DNA from: a virus
Virus record (IMG/VR): IMGVR_UViG_3300043788_000040
Coordinates: 106,564 to 170,563 of that record
Length of the DNA stretch: 64,000 nucleotides
Direction: 5' to 3' (one strand)
Shown here: positions 38,435-49,056 of the stretch, piece by piece
Layout: every line of letters starts with the position of its first letter
Numbering within the stretch: position 1 is the first letter of the stretch
Made by a program: the position numbers and the translations under genes
Notes under the pieces: generated by a model
The model's database searches: none
What the model was told of the DNA's origin: nothing
Seen by the model: the letters and a program-made list of their open reading frames with translations, nothing else

Positions 38435-40417
38435 GTGCCAGATCAAGAAAATTTCTCCAGTTGCCCTCTGTGGACGGCATACGCGACAGACGAAGGTCTA
38501 AAGACCGACGTCCGTCCGTTTGCCGCCCTCAGCAGGGATATGCTTGAACGGCTCTACATCATCCGCAAGTGGCCGATTGACGCTGTAAACAATCCCATCC
38601 CCCTAAAGCTGCCTGACCTCGTTCGTACGCATCACTACGACCCGTTCACGCACAGTCTCACCGATACCCCACTGGTTGTCAAAGAATTCCAGAAGCAAGC
38701 GATCCTCCACCTCGTCAGGATGCCTCGGTTCATCCTCGGCGATGCCGTGGGTCTAGGTAAGACACTGGACGCCCTCGTGGCGTTCGCCTGGCTCAAGGCG
38801 AAGAACCCGCAGGCGAAAATGGTCGTCGTCACCACCAAGTCCACCACGTACCAGTGGGCGGACGAATGCCAGAAGTACACCAAGCTGCGGCCGAGAGTCA
38901 TGACCGACACGTACAACGGGATGAAGTCCAAGAATGCCCGCTACGCCCAGATGCGGGACTTCCTTGAAAAGGACGATTACGACATCCTGATCTGCAAGTA
39001 CGACTCGCTCAAAGGCAACCGCAAAATTATCATGGTGGACGGTGTGAAGCAGCGTGAACGTGAGTCCGAGGAAACCACGTTTTACAAGGGCATATTCAAG
39101 GAGCACCGCAGCAAGCTGGTGCTGACGTTGGATGAGTGTCACCGATTCCGCAAGACCGGAACCCAGACCCGGCACTTCATCGCCCGTGTCTGCCGTTTCC
39201 CAGAGCGTGTGTGGGCACTAACAGCGACAGCCATCAAGAACGGACTGGACGAATTCTACTCCATAGCGCACGCTATCGGCGTGCAGCCACTCGGCCCGAT
39301 GACCCAGTTCTGGGAGGAGTACTGCCTGTGGCGTGAACAGCACATCGGAAACGGGCGTAAAATCAGGCTGATTAGAGGGTATCAGAACGTCGCACACTTC
39401 AAGGAACAGTTGCGCCCTTTCTTCCTTGGGCGTTCACAGAAGCAGGTCAACGAAAAGCTCCCTGCGCTGACTACTGTCTATCACCCAATTGATCTTGACG
39501 AGAAGCAAGCAAAGTTGCTCATAGAAATTCCGCTGGGTTTGATTGAGCTTCCGCCGATCTTTTTCAAGGTCGCCGGAGAAGTGTTTGAGAAGGAGCGTGA
39601 CGCCTCCAACGAGATGACCCAGCTTTCTTGCCAGCAGCTTGTGGCAAACCACTGGGCACTGCTTGACCGCAACACCCCCGAGACGTTTCTCACAACACAG
39701 CTTTCCCCGAAGGAAGATGCACTGCTGGACATGCTTGACGGCGAGTACCGGGGTGAGAAGGTCGTGGTCTACACGAAATACCGAAGCTGGATTGATCGCC
39801 TCCAGTGGCTCACCGAGAACGGGAAGTTCACCGAACGTAAGTTCCTGCGCATCACAGGTGCCGAGAATGAAGCTCAGCGCAACGAGAACAAGCGAAAGTT
39901 TCAAGACCCCAACTCCGGCTACGATCTGATCGTGGTCAATGCGGCGGGTATGGAGGGCATCAACCTTCAGCAGGCGGCGCACATGGTCATGCTGGACGTG
40001 CCGTGGTCGTGGGGCGATCTGATCCAGCTTGTGGGACGCATGGTGCGCATGGCTTCACCACATTCCGCCTGCACGCTGCACATCATGGTTGCCAAGGGAA
40101 CGATTGACGAGTACGCTATAGACACGCTGCGGGGAAAGAAGGGGGTCTTTGAGGCCATCTTGGGTAATAGCCACTCGGCTGGTATCCTAGACAGTGGAGA
40201 CAGTTTAGACTTACAAGCAGGCATGGAGGTCGCCGGGAGCGACACGGAGTTCAAGAGTTTGCTGAAGGCGTACGCCAAGAAGATAGGCATGGGAAAGTAC
40301 CTCAAGGGCGACCAGATCACGGCAGCGCAGGATTTGGAATATCAGATGGGGTTTGAGCGTGAACCTGGCAAGAAGAAGCGCAAGAAAAAGGAGCAAGACA
40401 ACTCATGGGCATTTTAG
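38435..40417 (+). CDS. SNF2-family (SF2) helicase
   Basis: GDAVGLGKT, LDECH, LTATAIKN, EGINLQQA, DVPWSWG..Q..GRMVR. Confidence 0.92.
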   Translation: MPDQENFSSCPLWTAYATDEGLKTDVRPFAALSRDMLERLYIIRKWPIDAVNNPIPLKLPDLVRTHHYDPFTHSLTDTPLVVKEFQKQAILHLVRMPRFILGDAVGLGKTLDALVAFAWLKAKNPQAKMVVVTTKSTTYQWADECQKYTKLRPRVMTDTYNGMKSKNARYAQMRDFLEKDDYDILICKYDSLKGNRKIIMVDGVKQRERESEETTFYKGIFKEHRSKLVLTLDECHRFRKTGTQTRHFIARVCRFPERVWALTATAIKNGLDEFYSIAHAIGVQPLGPMTQFWEEYCLWREQHIGNGRKIRLIRGYQNVAHFKEQLRPFFLGRSQKQVNEKLPALTTVYHPIDLDEKQAKLLIEIPLGLIELPPIFFKVAGEVFEKERDASNEMTQLSCQQLVANHWALLDRNTPETFLTTQLSPKEDALLDMLDGEYRGEKVVVYTKYRSWIDRLQWLTENGKFTERKFLRITGAENEAQRNENKRKFQDPNSGYDLIVVNAAGMEGINLQQAAHMVMLDVPWSWGDLIQLVGRMVRMASPHSACTLHIMVAKGTIDEYAIDTLRGKKGVFEAILGNSHSAGILDSGDSLDLQAGMEVAGSDTEFKSLLKAYAKKIGMGKYLKGDQITAAQDLEYQMGFEREPGKKKRKKKEQDNSWAF

Positions 40418-40751
40418 AGATACTACTTCCGTTCGTGTTGCTCGTGCTGGTCATGTTGGGCATCAAAGCCGTGTGGATGTCCGGCTTCGTCGCTGGCACT
40501 TTGGGCGAGGCGAAGCTCTGGATTGACAGTATAGACAGGCTCTTTGTACCGAACTGGCAGTCCTTGCCTGTTGTGATAACGGCGGACGATCAACCTCTGA
40601 CCCCTGAACAAACCAAGTGGATGAACCAAATCTACGTGTCGGCTTATGACTTGGCGCTGACGACCATCAAGGTAGAAATCGCTGAGGCACGCCGTGACAT
40701 AGTAGCAAAAGCGGCAGCCGAGGAAGAGCAGCAGCGACGAAGGTTTGAACG

Positions 40752-41078
40752 ATGAGTGATCCGATCAAAGGTGACTTCAATACATTCTCCGAGTTCTGCC
40801 ACAGGGAAGACCCGGAGCCTTACCCGAAGGGGAAGAACGGGAAGTTTCAGTGTCCCTGCTGCCTGCACTTCACCCTAGACGAGGTCGCAGGATACGACAT
40901 CTGCCCGGTGTGCTTCTGGGAGGATGACGGAACTACCAGCGAGCACGGCTTCTCACCCAACGGCATATCCTTGGATCAAGGTCGGATCAACTACCTCAAG
41001 CTGGGTGCAAGCAAAGAACGGGATGTTCAGTATGTCAGGAAGCCTACGCCCGAGGAAATTCCAAGTATTAGTGAGTAA
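40752..41078 (+). CDS. CPCC cysteine-rich protein
   Basis: CPCCLHFTL...YDICPVCFWEDDG...PNGISL..GR.NY. Confidence 0.85.
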   Translation: MSDPIKGDFNTFSEFCHREDPEPYPKGKNGKFQCPCCLHFTLDEVAGYDICPVCFWEDDGTTSEHGFSPNGISLDQGRINYLKLGASKERDVQYVRKPTPEEIPSISE

Positions 41079-41440
41079 TGGCTAAAGTCAACAAGCTCGC
41101 TCTGGCACGCTTCGCGCTGCGCATGACTATCAACCAATTGGATGATAGGGAACTGCTGTGCGTCCTCACCGATCTGTACACGGGCGTCTCTGGCGCTGAC
41201 CAGCCTCCCCGTTGGTACGGTAATGGCAACGGCACAAGCGGCCTTGAACAAGGCATCTACAACCACATGACGACGTTCCGTCGTGTGACGAACCTGTGGA
41301 CGAAGATCAGCCTCCTCCTCGGTGGCGACAAGGACAAGCTCAAGCAAGAGACCATTCGGGTGCGTGATCTTATCGTGAAGCGGCTCAACGAAAAGGGCGT
41401 AGACCTGAAGGAAATTGAGGTAGAGGAGCCGAATGAGTAA
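41078..41440 (+). CDS. Hypothetical protein
   Basis: ATG 6 nt after TATTAG. Confidence 0.6.
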   Translation: MAKVNKLALARFALRMTINQLDDRELLCVLTDLYTGVSGADQPPRWYGNGNGTSGLEQGIYNHMTTFRRVTNLWTKISLLLGGDKDKLKQETIRVRDLIVKRLNEKGVDLKEIEVEEPNE

Positions 41441-42401
41441 CGCAGTTTCCGGCGTGATGAACGCCCTGAAGGCCGAAACGCTTTTGGAAGGCTCACAGCT
41501 TTTTGACCAGATTGAGAAGCTGCGTGCGAATGTCTCGTACACCACGGTGGACGGGAAGCTTGCTTTTGACGATTACTTCAAGACGCTTGTAGACGCCATT
41601 GACGCTATCCCGAAGCTCCAGCTTGAGGATGACGTTGCCCCCGGAACCGAGACCACCTACACCATTCAGCTTACCCAAGAAGTAGAGCGTATCGTTGACG
41701 AATGCGACCGGATTTTCCGCAGGCTGAACCAGTTTGAAGGGAAGCTCCACGAGGCAGAGCGTCAAGTCCTGAACCAGAAAGCAGAGTTCGTGGCATGGTA
41801 CATGCTCGCCGCGGCGACCCTGTTGAAGGACTTGGAGGACATCAAGCTCCCGCAGGCGGAGATTCGCAAGCTGGGCGAGGCTGAGTTCTCCCGACTCATG
41901 CACGGACTGGATGTCGCACTCGCAACGTTGCTTGACGCTGTCAAGATTGAGACCAATCGGGCGTCGCAGCATAAGGCTTCGCAAAAAGAGAAGTACAACC
42001 TCGGCAGGGATCAGGCAAACGCAAGTTGGACAAGTTCGCTCCCGGCGTTCGGCAACGCCTTCACCGAAGACCGTGGCGACGTGTCCGGCGTCCAAGAACT
42101 GGACGAAGAAGACGTACCAGCGCAAGTCAAGGCAGCGCCGAAGGTTTCCATCGGCGACACGCTGCGCATCATCAAGCCCGAGGATGCCGAGATCAAGGGC
42201 ACGTTCGTGAAACGTGGCGACCCGGCACCAGTCAAGGTCATCGCAGATAGCGTTCCAGTGCTGAAGGATGGCAAGCCGTACTGCGACATGTGCCACGAGC
42301 CTGGTTGCCCGTGGTGCTATCCGAAACCGGAAACGAAGGTGGCTGTCATACCCAAGTCCCCACGTAAGAGGCTCATTGAAGAAGAAGACGAGGGGCTGTG
42401 A
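41433..42401 (+). CDS. Coiled-coil protein with C-terminal CxxC...CxxC
   Basis: Helical core; CDMCHEPGCPWC. Confidence 0.65.
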   Translation: MSNAVSGVMNALKAETLLEGSQLFDQIEKLRANVSYTTVDGKLAFDDYFKTLVDAIDAIPKLQLEDDVAPGTETTYTIQLTQEVERIVDECDRIFRRLNQFEGKLHEAERQVLNQKAEFVAWYMLAAATLLKDLEDIKLPQAEIRKLGEAEFSRLMHGLDVALATLLDAVKIETNRASQHKASQKEKYNLGRDQANASWTSSLPAFGNAFTEDRGDVSGVQELDEEDVPAQVKAAPKVSIGDTLRIIKPEDAEIKGTFVKRGDPAPVKVIADSVPVLKDGKPYCDMCHEPGCPWCYPKPETKVAVIPKSPRKRLIEEEDEGL

Positions 42402-42843
42402 TTAACTGCACCCCAAACCGTGACCGCTGGAAGATGCTGACGCTCGCCCTGCATTGTGTCGCCCTAATCTCCCACTTGCTTGACTTGAAACATAACCGCA
42501 TGAGCGTTGAGGAAGACGGTCAGACACGGCTCTTCAAGATGACGCTGAAGGATCGTGAGGATTTCGTCAAGTTCGCCGCGAACCTGCGCTGGCTCATCAC
42601 TGACCACAAAGTCGGCGACAAGGACTTCTGGGGTGGCTACAGCGAGTTTCAGTACACAGACTACGAATTCCGAACTCTCTTTGATCCGTTCTACAGGGAG
42701 CAGACGGAAGCCATCGTCACCTTACTGGAAAAGATCGGAAACGGCGAGGAACTTACCGAGGACGAGGCTAAGACAGCGATAGATTTTCTTCACTTGCTTA
42801 ACGGTCGTGCCCTTGCGAGAATAGACCATGGAGGATGCTTCTA

Positions 42844-43482
42844 ATGGCAACCGCAAAGCAAGCCCCGGCTTTCCGCACGACAGTGCATGCCGAGCTTCGA
42901 CTCGCCACCCTTGAGGTGGAGCAAGGTCATTACCTAGACCTCGTTGCGTTGCTCGCGCTGATCCCCAACCCGAACCATCGTAAGTTCGTGCAGATTCTCC
43001 ACGAACACAAAGCGCAGATCATTGAAGGTTTCGGTTCCAGCCATAACCACCAAGCGTGGGAGGGCGGCTACCTTGACCACGTGGTGGAGACCATGAACCT
43101 CGCCTGCCAGCTTTATCACACGCTGAGCGGGCTTCGCAAGCTGCCGTTTGCGCTTCACGAGGCGCTGGAAGTCATGTTCCTGCACGACATTGAGAAACCG
43201 TTCAAGGTAGGCGACAAGCTGCTGTTCAAGGGGGATTTGTCACCTGCTACTAAGGGCAACCGCAAGGCGTTCCGTTCCTCGGTCATATACAACTACAAAA
43301 TTGTCCTGACACCGGAACAAGAAAACGCCCTGCGTTACGTGGAGGGCGTGCCGGACAGCGAGTACACACCGGGTGAACGTACCATGGGCAAGCTTGCAGC
43401 ATTCTGCCATACCTGTGACATCCTCAGTGCCAGGATGTGGCACGACAAGGGCGCAAATGTCCCTGCTCCTGACTGGGAGTGA
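42844..43482 (+). CDS. HD-domain phosphohydrolase
   Basis: HQAWEGGYLDHV, FLHDIEK, CDILSA. Confidence 0.8.
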   Translation: MATAKQAPAFRTTVHAELRLATLEVEQGHYLDLVALLALIPNPNHRKFVQILHEHKAQIIEGFGSSHNHQAWEGGYLDHVVETMNLACQLYHTLSGLRKLPFALHEALEVMFLHDIEKPFKVGDKLLFKGDLSPATKGNRKAFRSSVIYNYKIVLTPEQENALRYVEGVPDSEYTPGERTMGKLAAFCHTCDILSARMWHDKGANVPAPDWE

Positions 43483-43687
43483 GTATTATTCAGTATGGCT
43501 AACCTACTGAATCCGATCTATCTTGATGATGCAATATCCCCGGACCCGATCATTTCAGCCGACGAAAGCGAGCTTTTTCAGTCTCTCCATCTTCAGATGT
43601 GCGCCGAAACCGGGGCAGACCCGGCTTTGATCAGCGTCCGTCGTGTCATGGACTGGCTGAATACCACCCCGAAAGTTAAGGCTGCGA

Positions 43688-44161
43688 ATGCGTGATGTTG
43701 AGGTTCTCGTCAACAAGGATTTTGAGGGTCCAGACATCCTTGAGATGGCTGAGAACATTCCTGAGATAGACGAGACGATCACCGTCTATTGGTCAAACAC
43801 CCCCGACGAGATCGGCACGCTCCTTCGGTTCCCCAACAAGAAATTCATCCTGTATGTCCGTGACTTGCACATGCGTGACCGCACCGTGGAGAAACTTGGT
43901 CTTTTTCTCAAGCTGGAAGAGCCTGTGGTCAACAAAGCGTGGGCATCCCTTGCAGCCCCAAAAGAGTACGATTGGCGCAACTTCTGCAAGCAAAACGAAC
44001 ACGGGGTGTCCACCCGCAACATCCTGCTCAAGCTGGCGGCAGACTCGCTGCGCAGAGGCAATCGTCCAATCATAGCCGATCTCATTGAGCCGCTTTTCCT
44101 CGGCAGGATCAGTATTGTAGATGTGGATGTACTCATGCGCCTCAGAGGCAGACAGAAATGA
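43688..44161 (+). CDS. Hypothetical protein
   Basis: ORF in the + strand run. Confidence 0.6.
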   Translation: MRDVEVLVNKDFEGPDILEMAENIPEIDETITVYWSNTPDEIGTLLRFPNKKFILYVRDLHMRDRTVEKLGLFLKLEEPVVNKAWASLAAPKEYDWRNFCKQNEHGVSTRNILLKLAADSLRRGNRPIIADLIEPLFLGRISIVDVDVLMRLRGRQK

Positions 44162-44606
44162 CCGAGAAGCCCACTAAATTTGAGCTTAAGATCGCGAAGG
44201 TGATCTGCGATGCGCAGGGCGACTTTGATTGGAAGTACCTCAAGGACGTGAAGGGCAACCCGTCCACGGCGTATGCCTACTACGACTACATAGAGACGGC
44301 ACGGAAGGTCATCAAGAAGCTGGGGCTAAAAGCGTGACGCTGAAAAGTCGGAAGCCTGACGTGGCGTGGAAGTGGCGCAAGTGGACGTTCGGATTCTGGA
44401 CTGATCCAGAGAACTGGACGGCGTTCGGCATTGACGTGGGTCCGCTGGAGATCGTCTGGCGGTACGAGGGGTACAGGCAATGAGCAGATGTCCAACATGC
44501 GGCACAGAATTTATTGAGGACATGTGTCCCACTGCGGTAGCGTACCGCAAGCGCCAGAAGGCACGTCGTGTGCGGGCAGCCAAGAAGGGTTGGCGGAAGA
44601 GGAAGA

Positions 44607-44849
44607 ATGCCGGGCTATCACACAGTAGAAATCGCTAAGGGCGTCCTCGGCAAGAGCAGCAAGATTCAAGAGGAGCTTGACGAGCTTCTGGATGCTGAGA
44701 AGCAGGGTGTCAAGATTCTGATCCACTGCGAGCTTGCTGATCTTTACGGCGCTTTGCGTGAATACGCAGCAACCCACGGGCTGACGATGGAAGACTTGAG
44801 GGCTATGGTTGATCTGACCAAGAGCGCCTTTGAGCACGGAGAAAGATGA
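44607..44849 (+). CDS. Small MazG/PRA-PH-like protein
   Basis: MPGYH...KIQEELDELLDA...ELADLYGAL (EExxE...ExxD). Confidence 0.6.
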   Translation: MPGYHTVEIAKGVLGKSSKIQEELDELLDAEKQGVKILIHCELADLYGALREYAATHGLTMEDLRAMVDLTKSAFEHGER

Positions 44850-45772
44850 AAACTCTCGCTCAAGAAATGGCGGAAGAGAACGACCGCCTCAACATGCGTA
44901 TCCGCTACCTCACCACCATGAAGGGCAAGACGTTCACGATGGGAGAGGCGCACGCCTTGTGCCAGCAGCGGGACGAAGAACTCAAAGCGCTGAAGGAAAA
45001 ATATGGCACTACCGAAATATCCTAACCGGGGCTTTCAACCCGAGAGGGTGACGTTTGACAGGCTTGTCGTCAGTATGGACGCGGCCGTCTCTGACGCCGT
45101 CCTGCACGATCTCGCCGCCGTGCATCGTGATATGCCACTGAGAATGAGCACCGTGTTTTCAGAGCACAGTTCTATTGCCCCTCACATGTTGTTTAGCATG
45201 CGTGCTTGGTTGCTGAAGAGCATGCACGTTGAGAAGGGTGCCCGGAAACCGTTCCTTGTTCCTAAGACGTGGTGGGATCACGCCAAGCATGACATGCTGG
45301 GCAGCCCGAACAAACGGGTGGTATGGTTCGCAAAGCTGTTCACCGCCCCGGAATACGACACGATATTCCAAGAGGAAATTTACGAGACTCGTGTCTGCCC
45401 ACATGACAACACCTACCTCCCCGAGGACAAGCAGCACATTGAGTACCTGCTGTGGAGAAACGATGAGTGACCTCCAACTCATGGCGTCAATCTCCGAGAT
45501 CGCCCTCGGGCTGGCAGTTTTGGCACGGGTTTGGAGCGTAATCAAATGGCGATAGACTGGAAGAAAGAACTAAACCTCATCAGACGATGCTGGTGGTGGT
45601 GGATGAAGGTAGGCTTCATCGCCGCCCCGTTCGGCGCAGTCTATGGATGCGTGACGGTGTACCTTGGGCACGAAAGCTTGTCAGTCCTGATCCCCCTCCT
45701 CGTCGCAGCCCTCCTCACCATCTACAAAATTCAGGGGATGCCTCCGATTGAGTGATGTGGTAGACTTAAATC

Positions 45773-46438
45773 ATGAAGTATGTAGGCACACTTCAGTACG
45801 CACGACTTCTTGACGCACGGGAGTACTTTGAGAAGTATGGGTACAAGTTTGTGGATGCACCTTGGACAGTGTCACGTGAAGCAGTCCTCCTCACACGCCC
45901 GCCGTGGGTGCAGGGCGAGCCTTTCAGCTACGCCGCAGGCGGTGTGTTCCAGTTCCCAGTCGCTTCAGCAGAACAGTCTTTCATTCAGATGCAGATGGAT
46001 GCACGGGCAGCAGGCAGTCCGATCACCGGGAGTTACTGTGCCCTGACGCCGTGCTTTCGCAACGAGGCTATTCTCAACGACCTGCACCAGCCGTATTTCA
46101 TGAAGCTGGAACTGATCACGTGGGACGGAACGGAAGCCGACTTGAGCCGAATGATACAACTTGCACGTATTTGGTTTGAGAGCGAACACCCCGGAGATCA
46201 TCCCGGCGATGACTTGATGCTCAGCATAGTACCGAACAACGATGAGGACTCGCTTGGGGTGACGCAGGCTTACGACATCACCACCGCGTTCACCGGGATT
46301 GAGCTTGGAAGCTATGGGATCAGAGAACACGCCAAAGTTGGACGCTGGGTCTACGGCACAGGACTCGCCGAACCAAGATACAGCCTCGCGCTTGAAAAAG
46401 AAAAAGCGTTCAGAACCGCCGCACGGAGACCCTCGTAA
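45773..46438 (+). CDS. Truncated class II aminoacyl-tRNA-synthetase-like catalytic domain
   Basis: SAEQ, motif-2-like PCFRNE...H..YFMKLE, motif-3-like GTGLAEPR; no anticodon-binding domain. Confidence 0.7.
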   Translation: MKYVGTLQYARLLDAREYFEKYGYKFVDAPWTVSREAVLLTRPPWVQGEPFSYAAGGVFQFPVASAEQSFIQMQMDARAAGSPITGSYCALTPCFRNEAILNDLHQPYFMKLELITWDGTEADLSRMIQLARIWFESEHPGDHPGDDLMLSIVPNNDEDSLGVTQAYDITTAFTGIELGSYGIREHAKVGRWVYGTGLAEPRYSLALEKEKAFRTAARRPS

Positions 46439-46748
46439 TGTTCGGGATCATAGGCGGGGCAAGGCGGCGAGCGAGGCTACGACGCAGGCCCGCTTTGACC
46501 CACGTCAGCGCTCCCTCTTCGGAGAAGGACACGAGAATGAACTGGCTGATCAAAGTATTTTACATCGTCACGGGCGGTAGACCGATGAAGCGGGAGTGCT
46601 CCGCTTTTTACGATCCCATTGCCAACGAGCCTGTGTACTTTTTCCGTGACCGCCTGAACAACGTCCGCTACATGGCGACCCACAAATGGTCACGCTTCCG
46701 TGTGGAAGCTGAAAATCAGAATTAGCCTCTCTTAGGTAGGAGCCTTCG

Positions 46749-47498
46749 GTGAACAACTGGTACGACATCCTCGGCATGAGCCAAGTTGGTCATCGCCTCT
46801 TCGTGGGCGGATACGCCCGAGCAGCAGACCTAGCAAAGGACAACCCCCACAAGATTACTGCGGTTTTGTGCGTCCACCAAGCGATGGATTACCCCAAGAA
46901 CCCCGACATCGTTTACATGCACGTCCCCTTCGCTGACGGCGCGGGCATCCCACCCAAGGCTTTTGTCAAGTGCCTCGGCTGGCTGAAGCACATGTACGAG
47001 AGCGGGCACATAATCTACATTCACTGTGCCGCTGGCATCTCCCGGTCGGTAACGATCATGGCGTCCTTCATGCACTACGAAGGCATTGCAGACTTTAACG
47101 ATGCGCTTGACCAGATCAGGATGGTGCGCCCGAACGCCAGCCCTGCACCGAACGTGCTCAACTCCGCGAAGCAAATGCTTGGCGTGTACCCTTACGACGG
47201 GTCGTACGACTCCGAACCGGAGCACCAGAAGACCGTCCACAGCGACTTGATTGAACAAGTGCAGAACCGTCGTGCGGCCGAACAGCACCCGGACCCGAAC
47301 TGTCCAATGCGCCAGTTCCTCTTGTCCGGCGAAGAAAGCAACGTGCCACGCCACGAGATTCCGTGTTCCTGTACGCAGTTGCTTTCGGCTCTGGATCGAG
47401 CTAAGCTTGAGACAGCGAAGCAGAGAGAGATAAACGGGCCTCTGGGTGAACCCGTAGATTTCAACACGCTTCAGAGAAAAGTTGATGACGACGCCTGA
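46749..47498 (+). CDS. Dual-specificity protein phosphatase
   Basis: PFADG acid loop; IHCAAGISRS; RP...P. Confidence 0.9.
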   Translation: MNNWYDILGMSQVGHRLFVGGYARAADLAKDNPHKITAVLCVHQAMDYPKNPDIVYMHVPFADGAGIPPKAFVKCLGWLKHMYESGHIIYIHCAAGISRSVTIMASFMHYEGIADFNDALDQIRMVRPNASPAPNVLNSAKQMLGVYPYDGSYDSEPEHQKTVHSDLIEQVQNRRAAEQHPDPNCPMRQFLLSGEESNVPRHEIPCSCTQLLSALDRAKLETAKQREINGPLGEPVDFNTLQRKVDDDA

Positions 47499-48120
47499 GC
47501 AAATTCTTGATGAAGCCTTTGAGACCGAGGGCGTTGCGCAGAACCACCGCGACGACATCAAGGACTACCTCCACATCCTGAAGAACCGTGATCCGAAGAC
47601 CTACGAGCACAGTATCCGTGTCGGCGTGCTCGCCAGCAAGATCGCCCTCTACGCCGCCAAGCCGGGAATAAGCGCCAAAATGATGCTCTGGGCAGGCTTG
47701 CTGCACGACATCGGCAAGACCCTGGTACCGCCTGGTGTCCTGACCAAGACGACGAACTTTACACCGGAAGACTACGCTGCCATGGAGCCGCACGTGAAGT
47801 ACGGCTGGGACATGCTCAACAGCGTCCACGACTGGACGGCGCACGTCATCGTCCGGCACCACCAATTCGGTCCCCATCCTTACCCCGCCGTGCTCCCGCC
47901 CCTCCCCGAGTACCTTCAAGCCAAAGCTGAGCTAATCCAGACCGCTGCCCGCCTGCTTGCTATGGCTGATTACTATGACGCCTTGACGAGCCGGGGCAAC
48001 GACAAGAACGGGAAGAAGCCCCTGACTCCCAGCGAGCGCCGGGAAATCTACATGCGGGACAACGCTGACCAGAAGGAACTTGCCGAGCTTCTTGAGTCCA
48101 TGGGTGTGCTAAAATTCTGA
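47482..48120 (+). CDS. HD-GYP-like phosphohydrolase
   Basis: TYEHSIRV, LLHDIGK, H...G..ML, HHQFGPHPYP, ARLLAMADYYDALTSR. Confidence 0.85.
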   Translation: MMTTPEQILDEAFETEGVAQNHRDDIKDYLHILKNRDPKTYEHSIRVGVLASKIALYAAKPGISAKMMLWAGLLHDIGKTLVPPGVLTKTTNFTPEDYAAMEPHVKYGWDMLNSVHDWTAHVIVRHHQFGPHPYPAVLPPLPEYLQAKAELIQTAARLLAMADYYDALTSRGNDKNGKKPLTPSERREIYMRDNADQKELAELLESMGVLKF

Positions 48121-48140
48121 CTTTTCGGTATTAGAAAGTC

Positions 48141-48572
48141 ATGAGTGAAGTTTGTCCTAAGTGCGGTGAGACCGATCTGTCTAAGTTCTCCAAGAATAAG
48201 AGACGACCTAACGGATACCAAGGTTACTGCAAGATTTGCATGAAGGATTATCGTGCTAATTGGCTAGCGCGAAATCCGGACCAGACAGCCATACGGTTTG
48301 GAAGAAGACTCGCTTCTTGGCAAAAGCGGGGCGTGAGCATCACGAAAGAAGTGTATGACGGAATGCTCAGCAAGCAGCAAAATCTGTGTGCTCTCTGCCA
48401 TGAACCGTTTGACGAACCACAAGCGCCTGCGGTAGACCATGATCACATTACGGGGAAAGTTCGGGCTTTACTACATAAACGCTGCAATGCGGCTATTGGG
48501 TTTTTGGGTGATGACCCTAAAAAAGTCCGTTGTGCGTTGGAGTATCTGGAAAGCCATCTACAAAAGCCATAG
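48141..48572 (+). CDS. Endonuclease VII-family (homing-type) nuclease
   Basis: CPKC...CKIC; Q..LCALC...VDHDHITGKVRALLHKRCNAAIG..GDD. Confidence 0.88.
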   Translation: MSEVCPKCGETDLSKFSKNKRRPNGYQGYCKICMKDYRANWLARNPDQTAIRFGRRLASWQKRGVSITKEVYDGMLSKQQNLCALCHEPFDEPQAPAVDHDHITGKVRALLHKRCNAAIGFLGDDPKKVRCALEYLESHLQKP

Positions 48573-48585
48573 TAGGGGAAATCCT

Positions 48586-49056
48586 ATGGCTATTGAAGTC
48601 AAAGCGCCCGGAAAGTACGACGCCTCAGCGCGTTATACGATCTTTTTGGCCGGAGCCATTGACCAAGGGAAGGCGGAGGACTGGCAGGCAAAGGTCGCTC
48701 GTGCCCTTGATTCATTTGACATTACCATCCTGAACCCCCGCCGTGACGACTGGGACCCAAGCTGGGATCAATCCGCCGACAACCCCGAGTTCGCCAAGCA
48801 GGTAAACTGGGAGCTTGACGCACAGGAAGCGGCCGACATGGTGATCTTCGTGTTCACCAAGGACAGTAAGGCTCCGATCACCTTTCTTGAGTTCGGGCTA
48901 TTCGCCCCGAAAAAGGACGCTATCGTCTGCGCCGAGGAAGGCTTCTACCGGATCGGCAACCTTGACATCGTCGCCGAGCGCCACAAGGTTCCGATGTACC
49001 ACAATTTGGACGAGATGATCGCCGACCTGCAAACCGTTCTGAGGGAGAAGGTCTGA
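48586..49056 (+). CDS. Nucleoside 2-deoxyribosyltransferase-like protein
   Basis: IFLAGAID...WQ...LNPRRDDWD...QVNWEL...APITFLEFGL. Confidence 0.85.
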   Translation: MAIEVKAPGKYDASARYTIFLAGAIDQGKAEDWQAKVARALDSFDITILNPRRDDWDPSWDQSADNPEFAKQVNWELDAQEAADMVIFVFTKDSKAPITFLEFGLFAPKKDAIVCAEEGFYRIGNLDIVAERHKVPMYHNLDEMIADLQTVLREKV

